Origin: Ignavibacteriota bacterium
GTDB taxonomy: Bacteria > Bacteroidota > Ignavibacteria > UBA10030 > UBA6906
DNA: 64,000 bases
Direction of reading: 5' to 3'
Assembly (NCBI GenBank): GCA_963808715.1
Contig: CAWEHG010000040.1
Coordinates: 99,420-163,419 of the forward strand
Each line of letters opens with the position of its first letter. Position 1 is the stretch's first letter. The notes beneath the pieces are model-generated. The model ran no database searches. It saw only the letters and a program-made list of their open reading frames with translations, and was not told the DNA's origin. Position numbers and translations under genes: made by a program. Positions 45,248-55,750 of the stretch are shown here, piece by piece.

Positions 45248-45321
45248 GCGCCTGTAGCTCAATTGGATAGAGTGTTGGCCTCCGGAGCCAAAGGTTTCGG
45301 GTTCGACTCCCGACAGGCGCA
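45248..45321 (+). tRNA. tRNA-Arg(CCG)
   Basis: Acceptor GCGCCTG/CAGGCGC, D-arm GCTCAATTGGATAGAGT, anticodon arm TTGGC-CTCCGGA-GCCAA, T-loop TTCGACT; CCA not encoded. Confidence 0.96.
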
Positions 45322-45359
45322 CGATCCTTTCATCCATTCTCAACGACCCGATCCAGGAT

Positions 45360-46050
45360 ATGCTCCGACCACAGAAAAAAGTCCACAAAAAAGAGCTCAA
45401 GGAAGACGCGCTGATCTCTTCCTACGTCAATCTGACGACTTGGTACGAGACCAACAAACGGATCATCAGCATCGTCGTCGTGTCGGCAGCCGTGCTGATC
45501 GGCGCGACGCTGGTGTACCTGAAGAACAGGGCGGACGACGACGTAAAAGCAGCGACGCAGCTCGGCCAGATCTTCAGCTACTATGACAGCGGCCAGTATC
45601 AGGTCGCCATCGACGGGGTCCCCGAGCGGAGCCTGCCCGGGCTCAAGTCCATCGTGGAGAACTTTGGCGGGAGCCATTCGGGGAACATTGCCCGCTACTA
45701 CCTGGCCAATGCCAGCTTCGAGCTCGGGAAGTTCTCGGAAGCGCTCGAGGAGTATGAAGCGATGAGCTCCGGCCAACGACCTGATGGAAATGGCCCGGCT
45801 GGCGGGGATCGGCGCCTGTTACGATGCGCAGGGAAACAACAAGGAAGCGGCCGCGTATTACGAGAAAGCGGCCTCGGTGGATGCCAAGCATACCACTGCC
45901 CCGGACAACCTGCACCAGGCTGCCCGGAACTACGGGATCGCGGGAGACAAAGAGAAGGCGATCGAGCTGTACAAGAAGCTGAAGAAGAACTACCCGACCA
46001 GCCCGTACGCGCGCGAGGCGGACCGCTACATCGCCGCGCTCTCGGTCTGA
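45360..46050 (+). CDS. Membrane-anchored TPR protein (YfgM-like; frameshifted)
   Basis: Basic N-terminus ..KELKED, single TM, TPRs, ends YPTSPYAREA. Confidence 0.8.
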
Positions 46051-46093
46051 GGGATTCCGCACAACAGCCGGGGACGGCCAGGGGCGAGACCGC

Positions 46094-47443
46094 ATGGGTG
46101 TGCTTCGTGACAGGGCGCTCACGCGCCGGGTCCTGAGAATCTCAACGCCCGCCGTTGCCGGCCTTTCCTTTCAGATGGTCGTGACCGTCTTCGAGACCGC
46201 CATGGTCGGCCGGCTCGAGAACGCCACCGTGGTCCTCGCCGCCATGGGGCTCGGCGCCCTCGCCACCTGGGCCATCACCAGCGTCTTCTCCAGTCTCGCC
46301 ACGGGGGTCCACGTGCTCGCGGCGCGCCGTTCCGGCGAGCGCGATCTTCCCGGTTCGGGCGGCGTTCTCAACAACGCCCTGTTGCTCTCCTTCGTACTCG
46401 GGCTGGCGTTCGGCCTCCCCGGATATCTGTTCTCGCGCAACATCCTCGAGTTCTTCGCCGCCGATTCGGCCGTCGCGGCAGCCGGCACCGGGTACATGCA
46501 GTGGCGATTCATCGGACTCCTCCCGTTCCTCTTCATGGTCTCGTATCGCGGGTTTTTCAACGGGATCGGCCAGACAAAGATGTTCCTCTATTCCGCGATC
46601 ATCATCAACCTGTCGAACGTCGCCCTGAACTCCGTGCTCATCTTCGGGGAATTCGGCATCCCGCGGATGGGAATGACCGGCGCAGGATGTGCGTCGGCGA
46701 TCAGCAATGTCATCGGGGTGCTCTTCTTCTTCACGGCCTCGTTGGCGCCGGGGTACCGGAAGCGGTACGAGTACTTCCGAGCGCTGCACTTCCGGTGGGC
46801 CGTGATCCGGCAGCTCGTGAAGATCTCCCTCCCCGTCTCGTTCCAGAACATCCTGATCCTGCTCGGGTTCCTGGTGTTCGTGGCCATCACCGGGCTCATC
46901 GGGACCATCCAGCAGGCGGCGAGCCAGGTCGTGATCACGGCGCTGTTCATGTCGTTCCTCCCGTGCTTCGGGTTCGGGACGGGGGCGCAGACGCTGGTCG
47001 GGCAGGCGCTCGGGCGGGGCGACCATGATCTGGCGCGGCGTGCGGGGTACGAGGCGGCGAAGCTCGCGACCTATTTCACGATCGTCCTCGGGATCTTCTT
47101 CGTCTTCCTGCCGGATTGGGTCATCATCCTTATCACCAACGACCCGACCGTCACCGCGGTCGCCCGGCCGGTCTTGCGGGTGGCCGGCGTGGCCCAGGTG
47201 ATCTATGCCTCGGGGATCGTGCTGGCCCACGCCCTGCAGGCCGCGGGAGCGACGGTCTATGTGATGGTCATCGAGATCCTGACGCACTGGTTCGTGTTCC
47301 TCCCGATCAGCTACGTGTTCGGGGTGACGCTCGGCGGAGGGCTGGTGGGTGCATGGAGCGCACTCCCCGTCTACATCGTGTCGTACTCGTTCTTCATCCT
47401 GCTCAAGTACCGAAAGGGGGACTGGCACCTGATCCAGGTGTGA
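46094..47443 (+). CDS. MATE-family transporter
   Basis: 449 aa, ~12 TM; MVGRL, RGFFNGIGQTK, FGIPRMGMTGAG, TLVGQALG. Confidence 0.9.
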   Translation: MGVLRDRALTRRVLRISTPAVAGLSFQMVVTVFETAMVGRLENATVVLAAMGLGALATWAITSVFSSLATGVHVLAARRSGERDLPGSGGVLNNALLLSFVLGLAFGLPGYLFSRNILEFFAADSAVAAAGTGYMQWRFIGLLPFLFMVSYRGFFNGIGQTKMFLYSAIIINLSNVALNSVLIFGEFGIPRMGMTGAGCASAISNVIGVLFFFTASLAPGYRKRYEYFRALHFRWAVIRQLVKISLPVSFQNILILLGFLVFVAITGLIGTIQQAASQVVITALFMSFLPCFGFGTGAQTLVGQALGRGDHDLARRAGYEAAKLATYFTIVLGIFFVFLPDWVIILITNDPTVTAVARPVLRVAGVAQVIYASGIVLAHALQAAGATVYVMVIEILTHWFVFLPISYVFGVTLGGGLVGAWSALPVYIVSYSFFILLKYRKGDWHLIQV

Positions 47444-47452
47444 CCGCGGGCC

Positions 47453-49600
47453 ATGAAATTCCGGCGCATCATCTATATCGGCGGGGCGTTCTTCCTGGTC
47501 GTCGTCAAGTTCGCGATCGACGTGATCAGCAAGAACATCGGGCTGGAACTCCCGGGCCTGGGGGTCCTCCGTGAGCTGCTGGTCATCGGCGCCTTCACCC
47601 TGGTCGCGTTCGCGGTCCGGGTGGTCGACGACCGCCGGACGGTCCATTCCGTCCGCAGGCTCGGCATCCTGGTGGTCGCGGTCGTCGGGCTGCTGGGACT
47701 GCTCGGTGCGCTCTCGGCGATCCCGCTGAGCGGATTCGACGCCAAGAACTTCCAGCTGGTCCCGCTCGACTACGCGACCATCTTCGTCGGCTCCCTGGTG
47801 AGCGTGGTGCTCGGCCTGTTCTTCATCGGGGTGCTGATCATCGTCCGCACGCTGATCTACGCCCACCGGACCCGGTCCACCGTCCGGAACTTCGTGATCC
47901 TGCTCGTTCTCATGGCGGTCACCGCCCTGTCCGCCGCCTTCAAGCGTCCCCTGGAATCCTCGCTGATCACCAACATCCTCTTCAGCCTCGGGGTCATGGC
48001 CGCCGTGGTGAACTCGTTCCGGCTCCAGTGGATCGCGTATCTGGCGAAGCGGGAGAAGATCTTCACGCTGATCTACGGATTTCTGCTCTTTGTGGTCTTT
48101 GCCGCGGCGACCGTGTGGACGACCCAGGGGACCCTCCTGCACCGCTCCGTGCTCTATTATTCGGCGCCGCTGCGCGAATTTGTCGGATTGATGGGGGTCT
48201 TCGCCACGATCTTCTTCGGGGTGACGTTCGTCAGCACGTTATTCCACCTTCCGACGGCGGACGCGTTCGACCGGAAGAGATCCGAACTGACCTCGCTCCA
48301 CACCCTGGGCAAGCTGATCACGCAGGTCTTTGACATCCGCGAGCTGGCGGACACGGTGACGGGAATGACCCTCCAGGTGGCTGAGGGGGGGAGCGCCTGG
48401 CTGGAGATCATCCACCGGCCGGACGACCTTGCGACACGGCCGGCGGACGAGGGATGGTTCGTGGAAGCGGGGGTGCGCATCCAGGTGGTCGGGATGAAGA
48501 ATATCGCGCTGGACGAGATCGCGCACCTGATGTCTCTGTCCGACCGGAGTCTCCGGAATGTGGTGCTGCAGGAACGGCGCCGGATCGTGATCGACGACCT
48601 CGAGGCCGATCCGCACTTCAAGGGCCGCGGGAAGCCCCTGCGGCCGATAGGAACGATCGTCAGTGTCCCGCTGGTGTTCCACGAGGGTGTGGCGGGGATC
48701 CTGTACGCGACCCGGGAGACCCCGTACGGGTTCGCGAGCGACGATGTGGATGTGATCAGCGCCTTCGCGGACCAGGCGACCATCGCCGTGGAGAACTCCC
48801 GCCTGATCAAACGGTCCATCGAGCGCGAGCGGCTCGATCAGGAGATGGCGCTCGCACGGGAGATGCAGCGCAAGCTGCTGCCGCAGGTCCTCCCCAGCTA
48901 CCCGTCGCTGGAGATCGAGGCGGCGTCAACGCCCGCGTTCGAGGTGGGCGGGGATTACTACGATCTGGTGGAACTGCCCGACGACCTGGTGGGGGTGGTG
49001 GTAGGGGACGTCTCGGGGAAAGGCGTTCCGGCCGCGTTCTATATGTCGGAAGTGAAGGGGATCTTCCAGTCCCTCAGTCCGCTCTACCATTCGCCGAAAG
49101 AATTCCTCGTCCGTGCCAACGACGTCCTGTGCCGTTCTATTGACAAACACTCATTCGTTAGCTTACTTTATGCCACGGTCGACGTCCGGTCCGGGCGTCT
49201 GCAGCTGGCCCGGGCGGGTCACTGCCCGATGCTGCTGCTGTCCGGAGACCGGGTGGAATACGTCCGGCCGGATGGCATGGGGATGGGGCTGAGCGCCGGG
49301 GCGACCTTCGCGGACGCGGTGCAAGAGTTGACCCTCCGGCTGCTGCCGGGCGACGTCTGTATCCTCTACACCGACGGGGTCACCGAGGCGCGGCGTGGGG
49401 AGGAAGAGTTCGGGTACGAGCGGTTGCTGGCGGTGGCCCGGTCATCGCGCCATCGCGACGCTGCCGGTATCAAGGAGCAGATCCTCGGCGCGGTCCACGA
49501 CTTCGTCGACGGCCAGGCGTCCCATGACGACATGACGCTGGTGGTGTTGAAGTGGCTGGGCAGGGCTTCCGAGACGATGCATCAACAGGAGAGCGTATGA
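47453..49600 (+). CDS. Membrane-bound SpoIIE/RsbU-type PP2C phosphatase with GAF domain
   Basis: ~8 N-terminal TMs, GAF (..QATIAVENSRL), AREMQRKLLP, EVGGDYYD, GDVSGKG, RAGH, YTDGVTE, DDMT. Confidence 0.92.
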   Translation: MKFRRIIYIGGAFFLVVVKFAIDVISKNIGLELPGLGVLRELLVIGAFTLVAFAVRVVDDRRTVHSVRRLGILVVAVVGLLGLLGALSAIPLSGFDAKNFQLVPLDYATIFVGSLVSVVLGLFFIGVLIIVRTLIYAHRTRSTVRNFVILLVLMAVTALSAAFKRPLESSLITNILFSLGVMAAVVNSFRLQWIAYLAKREKIFTLIYGFLLFVVFAAATVWTTQGTLLHRSVLYYSAPLREFVGLMGVFATIFFGVTFVSTLFHLPTADAFDRKRSELTSLHTLGKLITQVFDIRELADTVTGMTLQVAEGGSAWLEIIHRPDDLATRPADEGWFVEAGVRIQVVGMKNIALDEIAHLMSLSDRSLRNVVLQERRRIVIDDLEADPHFKGRGKPLRPIGTIVSVPLVFHEGVAGILYATRETPYGFASDDVDVISAFADQATIAVENSRLIKRSIERERLDQEMALAREMQRKLLPQVLPSYPSLEIEAASTPAFEVGGDYYDLVELPDDLVGVVVGDVSGKGVPAAFYMSEVKGIFQSLSPLYHSPKEFLVRANDVLCRSIDKHSFVSLLYATVDVRSGRLQLARAGHCPMLLLSGDRVEYVRPDGMGMGLSAGATFADAVQELTLRLLPGDVCILYTDGVTEARRGEEEFGYERLLAVARSSRHRDAAGIKEQILGAVHDFVDGQASHDDMTLVVLKWLGRASETMHQQESV

Positions 49601-49965
49601 GCGAGTTCAAGATCGGCCACCGGGAACGCGAGAGCGTCTACGTCCTGGACCTGCAAGGGTATCTCGATGCCCATACCGCCCCGAAGCTCGAGGAGGCATT
49701 CCAGGAGCTGCTGAAGAACCAGCGGTTCAATATCGTCGTCAACTGCAAGGACCTCTCCTACATCAGCAGCGCCGGGCTGGGGGTCTTTATGGCCTATATC
49801 GAGGACGTGCGCAACCACCAGGGGGACATCAAGCTCTCGAATATGTCATCGAAGGTGTACAATGTGTTCGATCTGCTGGGGTTCCCGCTGCTGTACGAGA
49901 TCGTGAAGGACGAATCCGACGCGGTTCGGCGGTTCTTCGACAACAGGCAGAAAAAGAACGGGTGA
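49597..49965 (+). CDS. STAS anti-sigma-factor antagonist (RsbV/SpoIIAA-like)
   Basis: GYLDAHTAP, LSYISSAGLG (phospho-Ser), VFDLLGF. Confidence 0.93.
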   Translation: MSEFKIGHRERESVYVLDLQGYLDAHTAPKLEEAFQELLKNQRFNIVVNCKDLSYISSAGLGVFMAYIEDVRNHQGDIKLSNMSSKVYNVFDLLGFPLLYEIVKDESDAVRRFFDNRQKKNG

Positions 49966-50381
49966 AACCCCAGTCGTTGACAATCGAGAGCCGGACCGAG
50001 CGTCTCATCAGCGTCCGCGAGTTCGTGTCCACCGCCGCCCGGAAGTTCGGGTTCTCCGACGAGGAGGTGGGCAAGATCGCGCTGGCGGTCGACGAGGCGT
50101 GCACGAACGTCATCAAGCACGCGTACCGGTACGAACCGGACAAGCCGATCACCGTGATCATCAGCGGGGAGGGGACGACGTTTGAGGTCGCGATCCGCGA
50201 CCAGGGACTCCAGTTCGATCCGGGCGTGGTCCCCACGCCGAACATGAAGGAGTACCTGACCCACTACCGCAAGGGGGGACTCGGCGTCCACCTGATGAAG
50301 TCGCTGATGGACAAGGTCGTCTATTCCATCAAACCCGGCAAGCCGAACGAGGTCCGGTTGATCAAGTACCGGACCCCGTGA
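49962..50381 (+). CDS. Anti-sigma factor Ser kinase (RsbW/SpoIIAB-like)
   Basis: LAVDEACTNVIKHAY, IRDQG..FD, GGLGVHLMKSLMD. Confidence 0.93.
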   Translation: MKPQSLTIESRTERLISVREFVSTAARKFGFSDEEVGKIALAVDEACTNVIKHAYRYEPDKPITVIISGEGTTFEVAIRDQGLQFDPGVVPTPNMKEYLTHYRKGGLGVHLMKSLMDKVVYSIKPGKPNEVRLIKYRTP

Positions 50382-50405
50382 GGCGGGTCCCTTCCCGCGC
50401 CCTCC

Positions 50406-52147
50406 ATGCCCCGCAAAGGCTCCTCCGCCGGCCGTTCCGCCCAGGGTCATTTCGACAATACCGCCCTGTTTGAGTTCAGCAGGGTCGTGAACGCCTCGCT
50501 CGAGTTGCCGTTCATCCTGAATCACGTCCTGCTCACCATCATGGGAAAGATCCTGTCCACCCGCGGCATGGTCGTGCTTGCCCGCGGCGACGGCCACTGC
50601 CGGGTCGAGATGGTGAAAGGATTTCCCCCCGGACTCCTCCACCGGGAATTCGACGTACACCGGGTTCCCGTGGACCTGGTGGACCCGAAGGCGGTGCATG
50701 CCCGCAGTCATCCGTGGATCAAGTTCTTCCGCGATGCCGAAGTGGCCACGCTGCTCCCGCTCTTCAGCGGGAACACGCTGGTGGGGTTCCTCGGCTTCGG
50801 CGAGTCCGCCGGGCGCCGTCAACTGCGGGAACAGGAATTCACCTACCTGAGGTCCATCGCGAATCTCTCCGCCACCGCGATCGAACGGGTCAGGGTCGTG
50901 GCCGAGCTGCAGCTCGTGAACCGGAGGCTGGACGGGAAGATCCAGGAGCTGAACACGCTGCTGGAGCTGGGGAAGGAATTCGGGGCCGTGCTGGACCCGG
51001 AGAAGCTCGTCCGACTGCTGGTCTTCGTCCTCCTGGGACACACCGGCACCGGCCGCTATCTCATCTGCGCGAAGGAGGGGGCGGACATGCGGGTCCTGGC
51101 CCAGCGGATCGACGGCCCGCCACCGCAGGGCGAGCTGCTCGCCGGGATGCTGCACGTCAAAGACCCCCTCTCCGGTCGCCGATATGGTCGTCGGAGCGGG
51201 CCCGGATCCGCGTCCATTGCTGATGAGGCTCGGACTGCTGGTCGTCGTGCCGATGGTCCTGCAGGACCAGACCCGCGGGCTGATCCTGCTCGGCGACAAG
51301 ACTGGACCGGCAGCCGTTCGCCCCGGGGGATCTGGAGCTGGTCTCTTCCATCGGGAATCTCGCCTCCATCGCCCTGGAGAATGCCCGGCTGTTCAAGGAG
51401 GCCATCGAGAAGCAGCGGATGGAGGACGAGCTGGTCCTGGCCCGGGAGATCCAGAAGGGACTCCTGCCCGGCGTGCTTCCCTTCCATCCGGGGTGTCTCG
51501 AATCGGGGCGACGAACATCTCCTCCAAACAGGTCGGCGGGGACTACTACGACGTCATCGCCGCTCCCGGACGAACGGTACGTGATCGCCATCGGGGACGT
51601 GTCGGGCAAGGGTACGCCCGCGTCGCTGCTGATGGCGAATCTGCAGGCGACGATCCGCGCCCTCGTGCCGCTCAAGCTGACCCTCAGCGAACTGACGGCC
51701 CGCGTGAACGACCTCATGTGCCAGAACACCGGCGGGAACAAGTTCGTCACCTTCTTCTGGGGGATCGTGGACCCGGTCACCCGGACCCTGACCTATGTCA
51801 ACGCGGGACACAACTACCCGATGCTCTTTCGCCGCGACGGGACGATCGAGCGTCTGGAGCGAGGCGGGATGATCCTCGGGGTATTGAAGACCACGATCCC
51901 GTACGAGGAGGAGACCGTGCCGTTGCGCGACGGGGACGTGCTCGTGCTGTTCACCGATGGCGTCAGCGAGGCGATGAGCAAGGAGTCCGTGGAATACGGT
52001 GAGGAGCGGCTCCTGGCGACGGTCCGGGAATGCGAGGGGTGCGAACCGGACGTCATCATCGCCAGGATCCACGACGACATCCTCCAGCACGCCGCAGGCG
52101 CATCCCAGTCCGACGACATCACCATGATGGTGCTCAAGGTCGGGTGA
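50406..52147 (+). CDS. Cytoplasmic GAF-GAF-SpoIIE phosphatase (frameshifted)
   Basis: Two GAF-like regions; AREIQKGLLP, QVGGDYYD, GDVSGKG, VNAGH, FTDGVSE, DDIT. Confidence 0.88.
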
Positions 52148-52171
52148 CCCCGCCGCGGCCGCCGCGTCGCG

Positions 52172-52200
52172 TTGCATATGCCGCGAGGGTTTGTTAAATT
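52172..52200 (+). promoter_or_regulatory. Putative promoter for recombinase-like gene/leuS
   Basis: TTGCAT-17 bp-TAAATT with extended TG; ATG 10 nt downstream, no obvious SD. Confidence 0.55.
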
Positions 52201-52210
52201 CTGTTATTGC

Positions 52211-53116
52211 ATGACCCGCTCCCCGTATCCACCCGTCCGGCTTTCGCCCAGAGCCCTGGCGAACCACTACCAGGGATTCGTGCGGAGCCTCGCCGACCGC
52301 CGGCCCGAAACGCGGGGGACCTACACCCGCGCGCTGCGGGAGTTCCTCGTCTGGTTCCCCCGGCAGGCCCGCTTCGTCTTCGGGGTGGCGGACGTCGTCC
52401 GGTACAAGCGGCATCTCAGCGTGCGGAGGCGGCTCGCCAGCGTGTCGGTGGCAACGTACCTTACCGCTCTCCGGCGTTTCTTCGACTACCTCGTGCTCCA
52501 GGGTGTGCTGCCGGCCAACCCCGCGAAGGAGGTCGGCGGAGCGAGCAGGCCCGCGGGGCATTCGCGCGGCACCCTGACCGCTGACGACGTGCGCCAGATC
52601 CTCGACAAGTCGTCGACCGGAGCGACAGGCGCGGACTGCGTGACTTCGCTGTCCTGCAGCTCATGGTCGGCTGCGCGCTTTCGGAGGTCGAGTTGGTCCG
52701 GGCGGACGTGGGTGACCTCCAGACGAAGGGGGGAGAGACCGTGCTGATGGTCCAGGGGAAGGGGAGGACCAGCAAGGATGCAGAGGTCCACCTGGCCCAG
52801 GCCGAGCGAGCAGCCCTCGATGCGCTATCTGGCGGCACGCGAAGAGGTCCATCCGTCAGATCCGCTCTTCGTGAGCGACGGGAACCGGACCAGGGGGATG
52901 CGCATGACCACGCGCGGGATCCGCGACCGGGTGAACCAGGTGCTGGACCGTTCCGGCGTCCGCAGGGGGAAGACGAAAAAGGTCTCTCCCTACTCCCTCC
53001 GCCATACGGCAGCCGTGCTGCTGGCGGCCGGCGGCGCGAGTCCGGATGAGGTCCGGCTGAAACTCCGGCTCGGCACCGTGGCCACGGCCATGCTGTACTA
53101 TGAAGAGAAGACGTAG
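52211..53116 (+). CDS. Tyrosine recombinase-like protein (XerC/D fold) with degenerate active site (frameshifted)
   Basis: SAM-like N-domain (TRGTY.RAL.EF, YLTALRRFFDYL, NPA); RDFAVLQL, VQGKG, SPYSLRHT, TAMLY. Confidence 0.85.
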
Positions 53117-53164
53117 GCGCCCCCGTCGGCGACCGGGTCAACGATCATCTGAAGAAAGAGGTCC

Positions 53165-55750
53165 ATGGGCTACCCGTTCCAACTGATCGAAGAGAAGTGG
53201 CAGAGCACCTGGGATCGCGAAAAGACCTTCCGTACCAGAGCCACCGGCGGCGCTCCCAAGGCGTATGTGCTGGACATGTTCCCGTACCCTTCCGGGGCCG
53301 GACTGCACGTCGGCCACCCCGAAGGGTACACGGCGACCGACATCTTCTGCCGCTTCCTCCGGATGCGAGGCGTCGACGTGCTCCATCCGATGGGATGGGA
53401 CGCCTTCGGGCTCCCCGCGGAACGGTACGCGATGCAGACCAACATCCATCCGCGGGATGACCACCGGCAGAACATCGCCACGTTCCGACGCCAGATCAAG
53501 ATGCTCGGGCTGAGCTACGACTGGGAGCGCGAGGTCGACACCACCGATCCGGCCTACTACCACTGGACACAGTGGATCTTCCTGCAGATCTACAACTCCT
53601 GGTATCGACCCGCGGTCCCGCAAGGCTCGCCCGTCGCGGACGCTGGCAGAGGAGTTCGCGCAGAGAGGTTCGTCCGGACTGCCTCAGGCGGCGGAATTTC
53701 ACGGCGGCAGAGTGGAAGGCCAGGAGCCGCCGTGAACAGCAGGAGATCCTCTCCGGGTTCCGCCTCGCCTACGTGGCCGAGATCCCGGTCAATTGGTGTG
53801 AGGAGCTGGGGACCGTGCTGGCCAACGAGGAGGTTCCGGAGTGGACGGAAAAGGGATACACCGTCGAGCGCCGGCCGATGCGCCAGTGGATGATGCGGAT
53901 CACCGCCTACGCGGAGCGCCTGCTTGCGGATGCGGAGACGCTGGACTGGCCCTCGTCCACCCTGGAGCAGCAGCGGAACTGGATCGGCCGCTCCGAAGGG
54001 GCGGAAGATCGACTTCCCGATGGCCGGCGGCGGCGGGGCGATCCGCGTGTTCACCACGCGGCCCGACACGATCTTCGGCGCCACCTACATGGTGCTCTCT
54101 CCCGAACATCCGCTGGTGGACCGATTGACCGATCCCTCGCGGAAGGCGCGAGGTGGAACGTCTACCGGCAGCAGGCGCTGCTGAAAAGCGACCTCGAACG
54201 GGGGATCGACGCGGAAAAGAGCGGGGTCTTCACGGGAGGCATGGTCATCAACCCCGCCACGGGTGCGCCGATCCCCGTCTGGATCGCGGACTATGTGCTG
54301 ATGGGCTACGGAACCGGCGCGATCATGGCCGTGCCCGCCCACGACGAGCGGGACTACGCCTTTGCCCGCGCCTTCTCGCTCCCGATCGTGGAGGTGGTGG
54401 AAGGAGGGGATGTCGCGAAGGAGCCGTTCACCGGGGAAGGAAAAGGGGTCAACTCCTCGAACGCGGAAGTGTCGCTCAATGGTCTCGGCACCGCCGAGGC
54501 CAAAGCGAAGATCACCGCGTGGCTCGTCTCCCGCGCGCCTCGGGAAAGGCACGGTCCAGTTCAAACTCCGGGACTGGCTCTTCTCCCGCCAGCGCTACTG
54601 GGGCGAACCGATCCCGATCGTCCATCTCGAGGACGGGACCATGGCAGCGGTCCCGGAGTCCGAGCTCCCTCTGCTGCTTCCCGACCTCAAGAAGTTCCAG
54701 CCCAGCGGAACGACGGAATCGCCCCTCGCGCTCGCCACCGAGTGGGTGAACGTGACCGATCCGGCGACCGGTCTCAGGGGACGGCGTGAGACCAACACGA
54801 TGCCGCAGTGGGCGGGCTCCTGCTGGTATTACCTCCGGTACATCGACCCGGCGAACACCTCGGCCTTCTGCGATCCCGCCCTGGAACGCCGCTGGATGCC
54901 CGTCGATCTCTACGTCGGCGGTGCGGAGCACGCCGTGCTGCATCTGATGTACGCCCGGTTCTGGCACAAGGTGCTGTTCGACCTCGGTCATGTGAGCACC
55001 ACCGAGCCGTTCATGAAACTCCGGCACCAGGGGACCATCCTCGGCGAAGATTCGCGCAAGATGTCCAAGTCCCGCGGGAACGTCGTCAACCCCGACGACG
55101 TGGTGAAGGAGTACGGCGCGGATGCCCTGCGGCTGTTCGAGATGTTCATGGGTCCGCTGGAGGAGTGAAGCCCTGGAGCACGCGCGGCGTGGAGGGGGTT
55201 TCACGGTTCCTCAACCGGGTCTGGCGGCTGTACGTCGAGGACGACGGCCGTCTCGACCCGATGGTCCGCGAAACGCCGGTGACGCGGGACCTGGAACAGC
55301 TGATGGCCGCCACGGTCAAGAAGGTCGGTGAGGACATTGCAGGCCCTCCGATTCAACACGGCCATCTCCCAGATGATGATCTTCGTGAACGAGATCATGC
55401 GTGCGGACGTGCGGCCCAGGCAGCTCCTGGAACCGTTCGTGCTGCTCCTGGCCCCGTTCGCCCCGCACGTCGCCGAGGAGCTCTGGGAGAAACTCGGCCA
55501 CACGGTCTCGCTGGCCTACGAGCCGTGGCCCGCCTACGACCAGGCCGCCCTGCGGGAGGCGGCGGTGGAGGTGATCCTGCAGGTGAACGGCAAGCTGCGC
55601 TCCAGGCTGACGGTCGCTCCCGGCACGTCCGAACATGAGCTGCAAGCCCTCGCCCTGGCGGACGAAGCCATACGCCGCCACTGTGAAGGAAAACAGATCG
55701 TCAAGACCATCACCGTCCCCGACAAACTGGTGAACATCGTCGTCCGATGA
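53165..55750 (+). CDS. leuS: Leucine-tRNA ligase (several frameshifts)
   Basis: [69 protein letters not shown]. Confidence 0.97.

Noticed and set aside
45248-45321. Integration site at tRNA-Arg
   Set aside because: No duplicated tRNA 3' end or foreign genes downstream
52211-53116. Integrase marking a prophage or genomic island
   Set aside because: Flanks are signalling and housekeeping genes, with no att repeats, cargo or compositional shift
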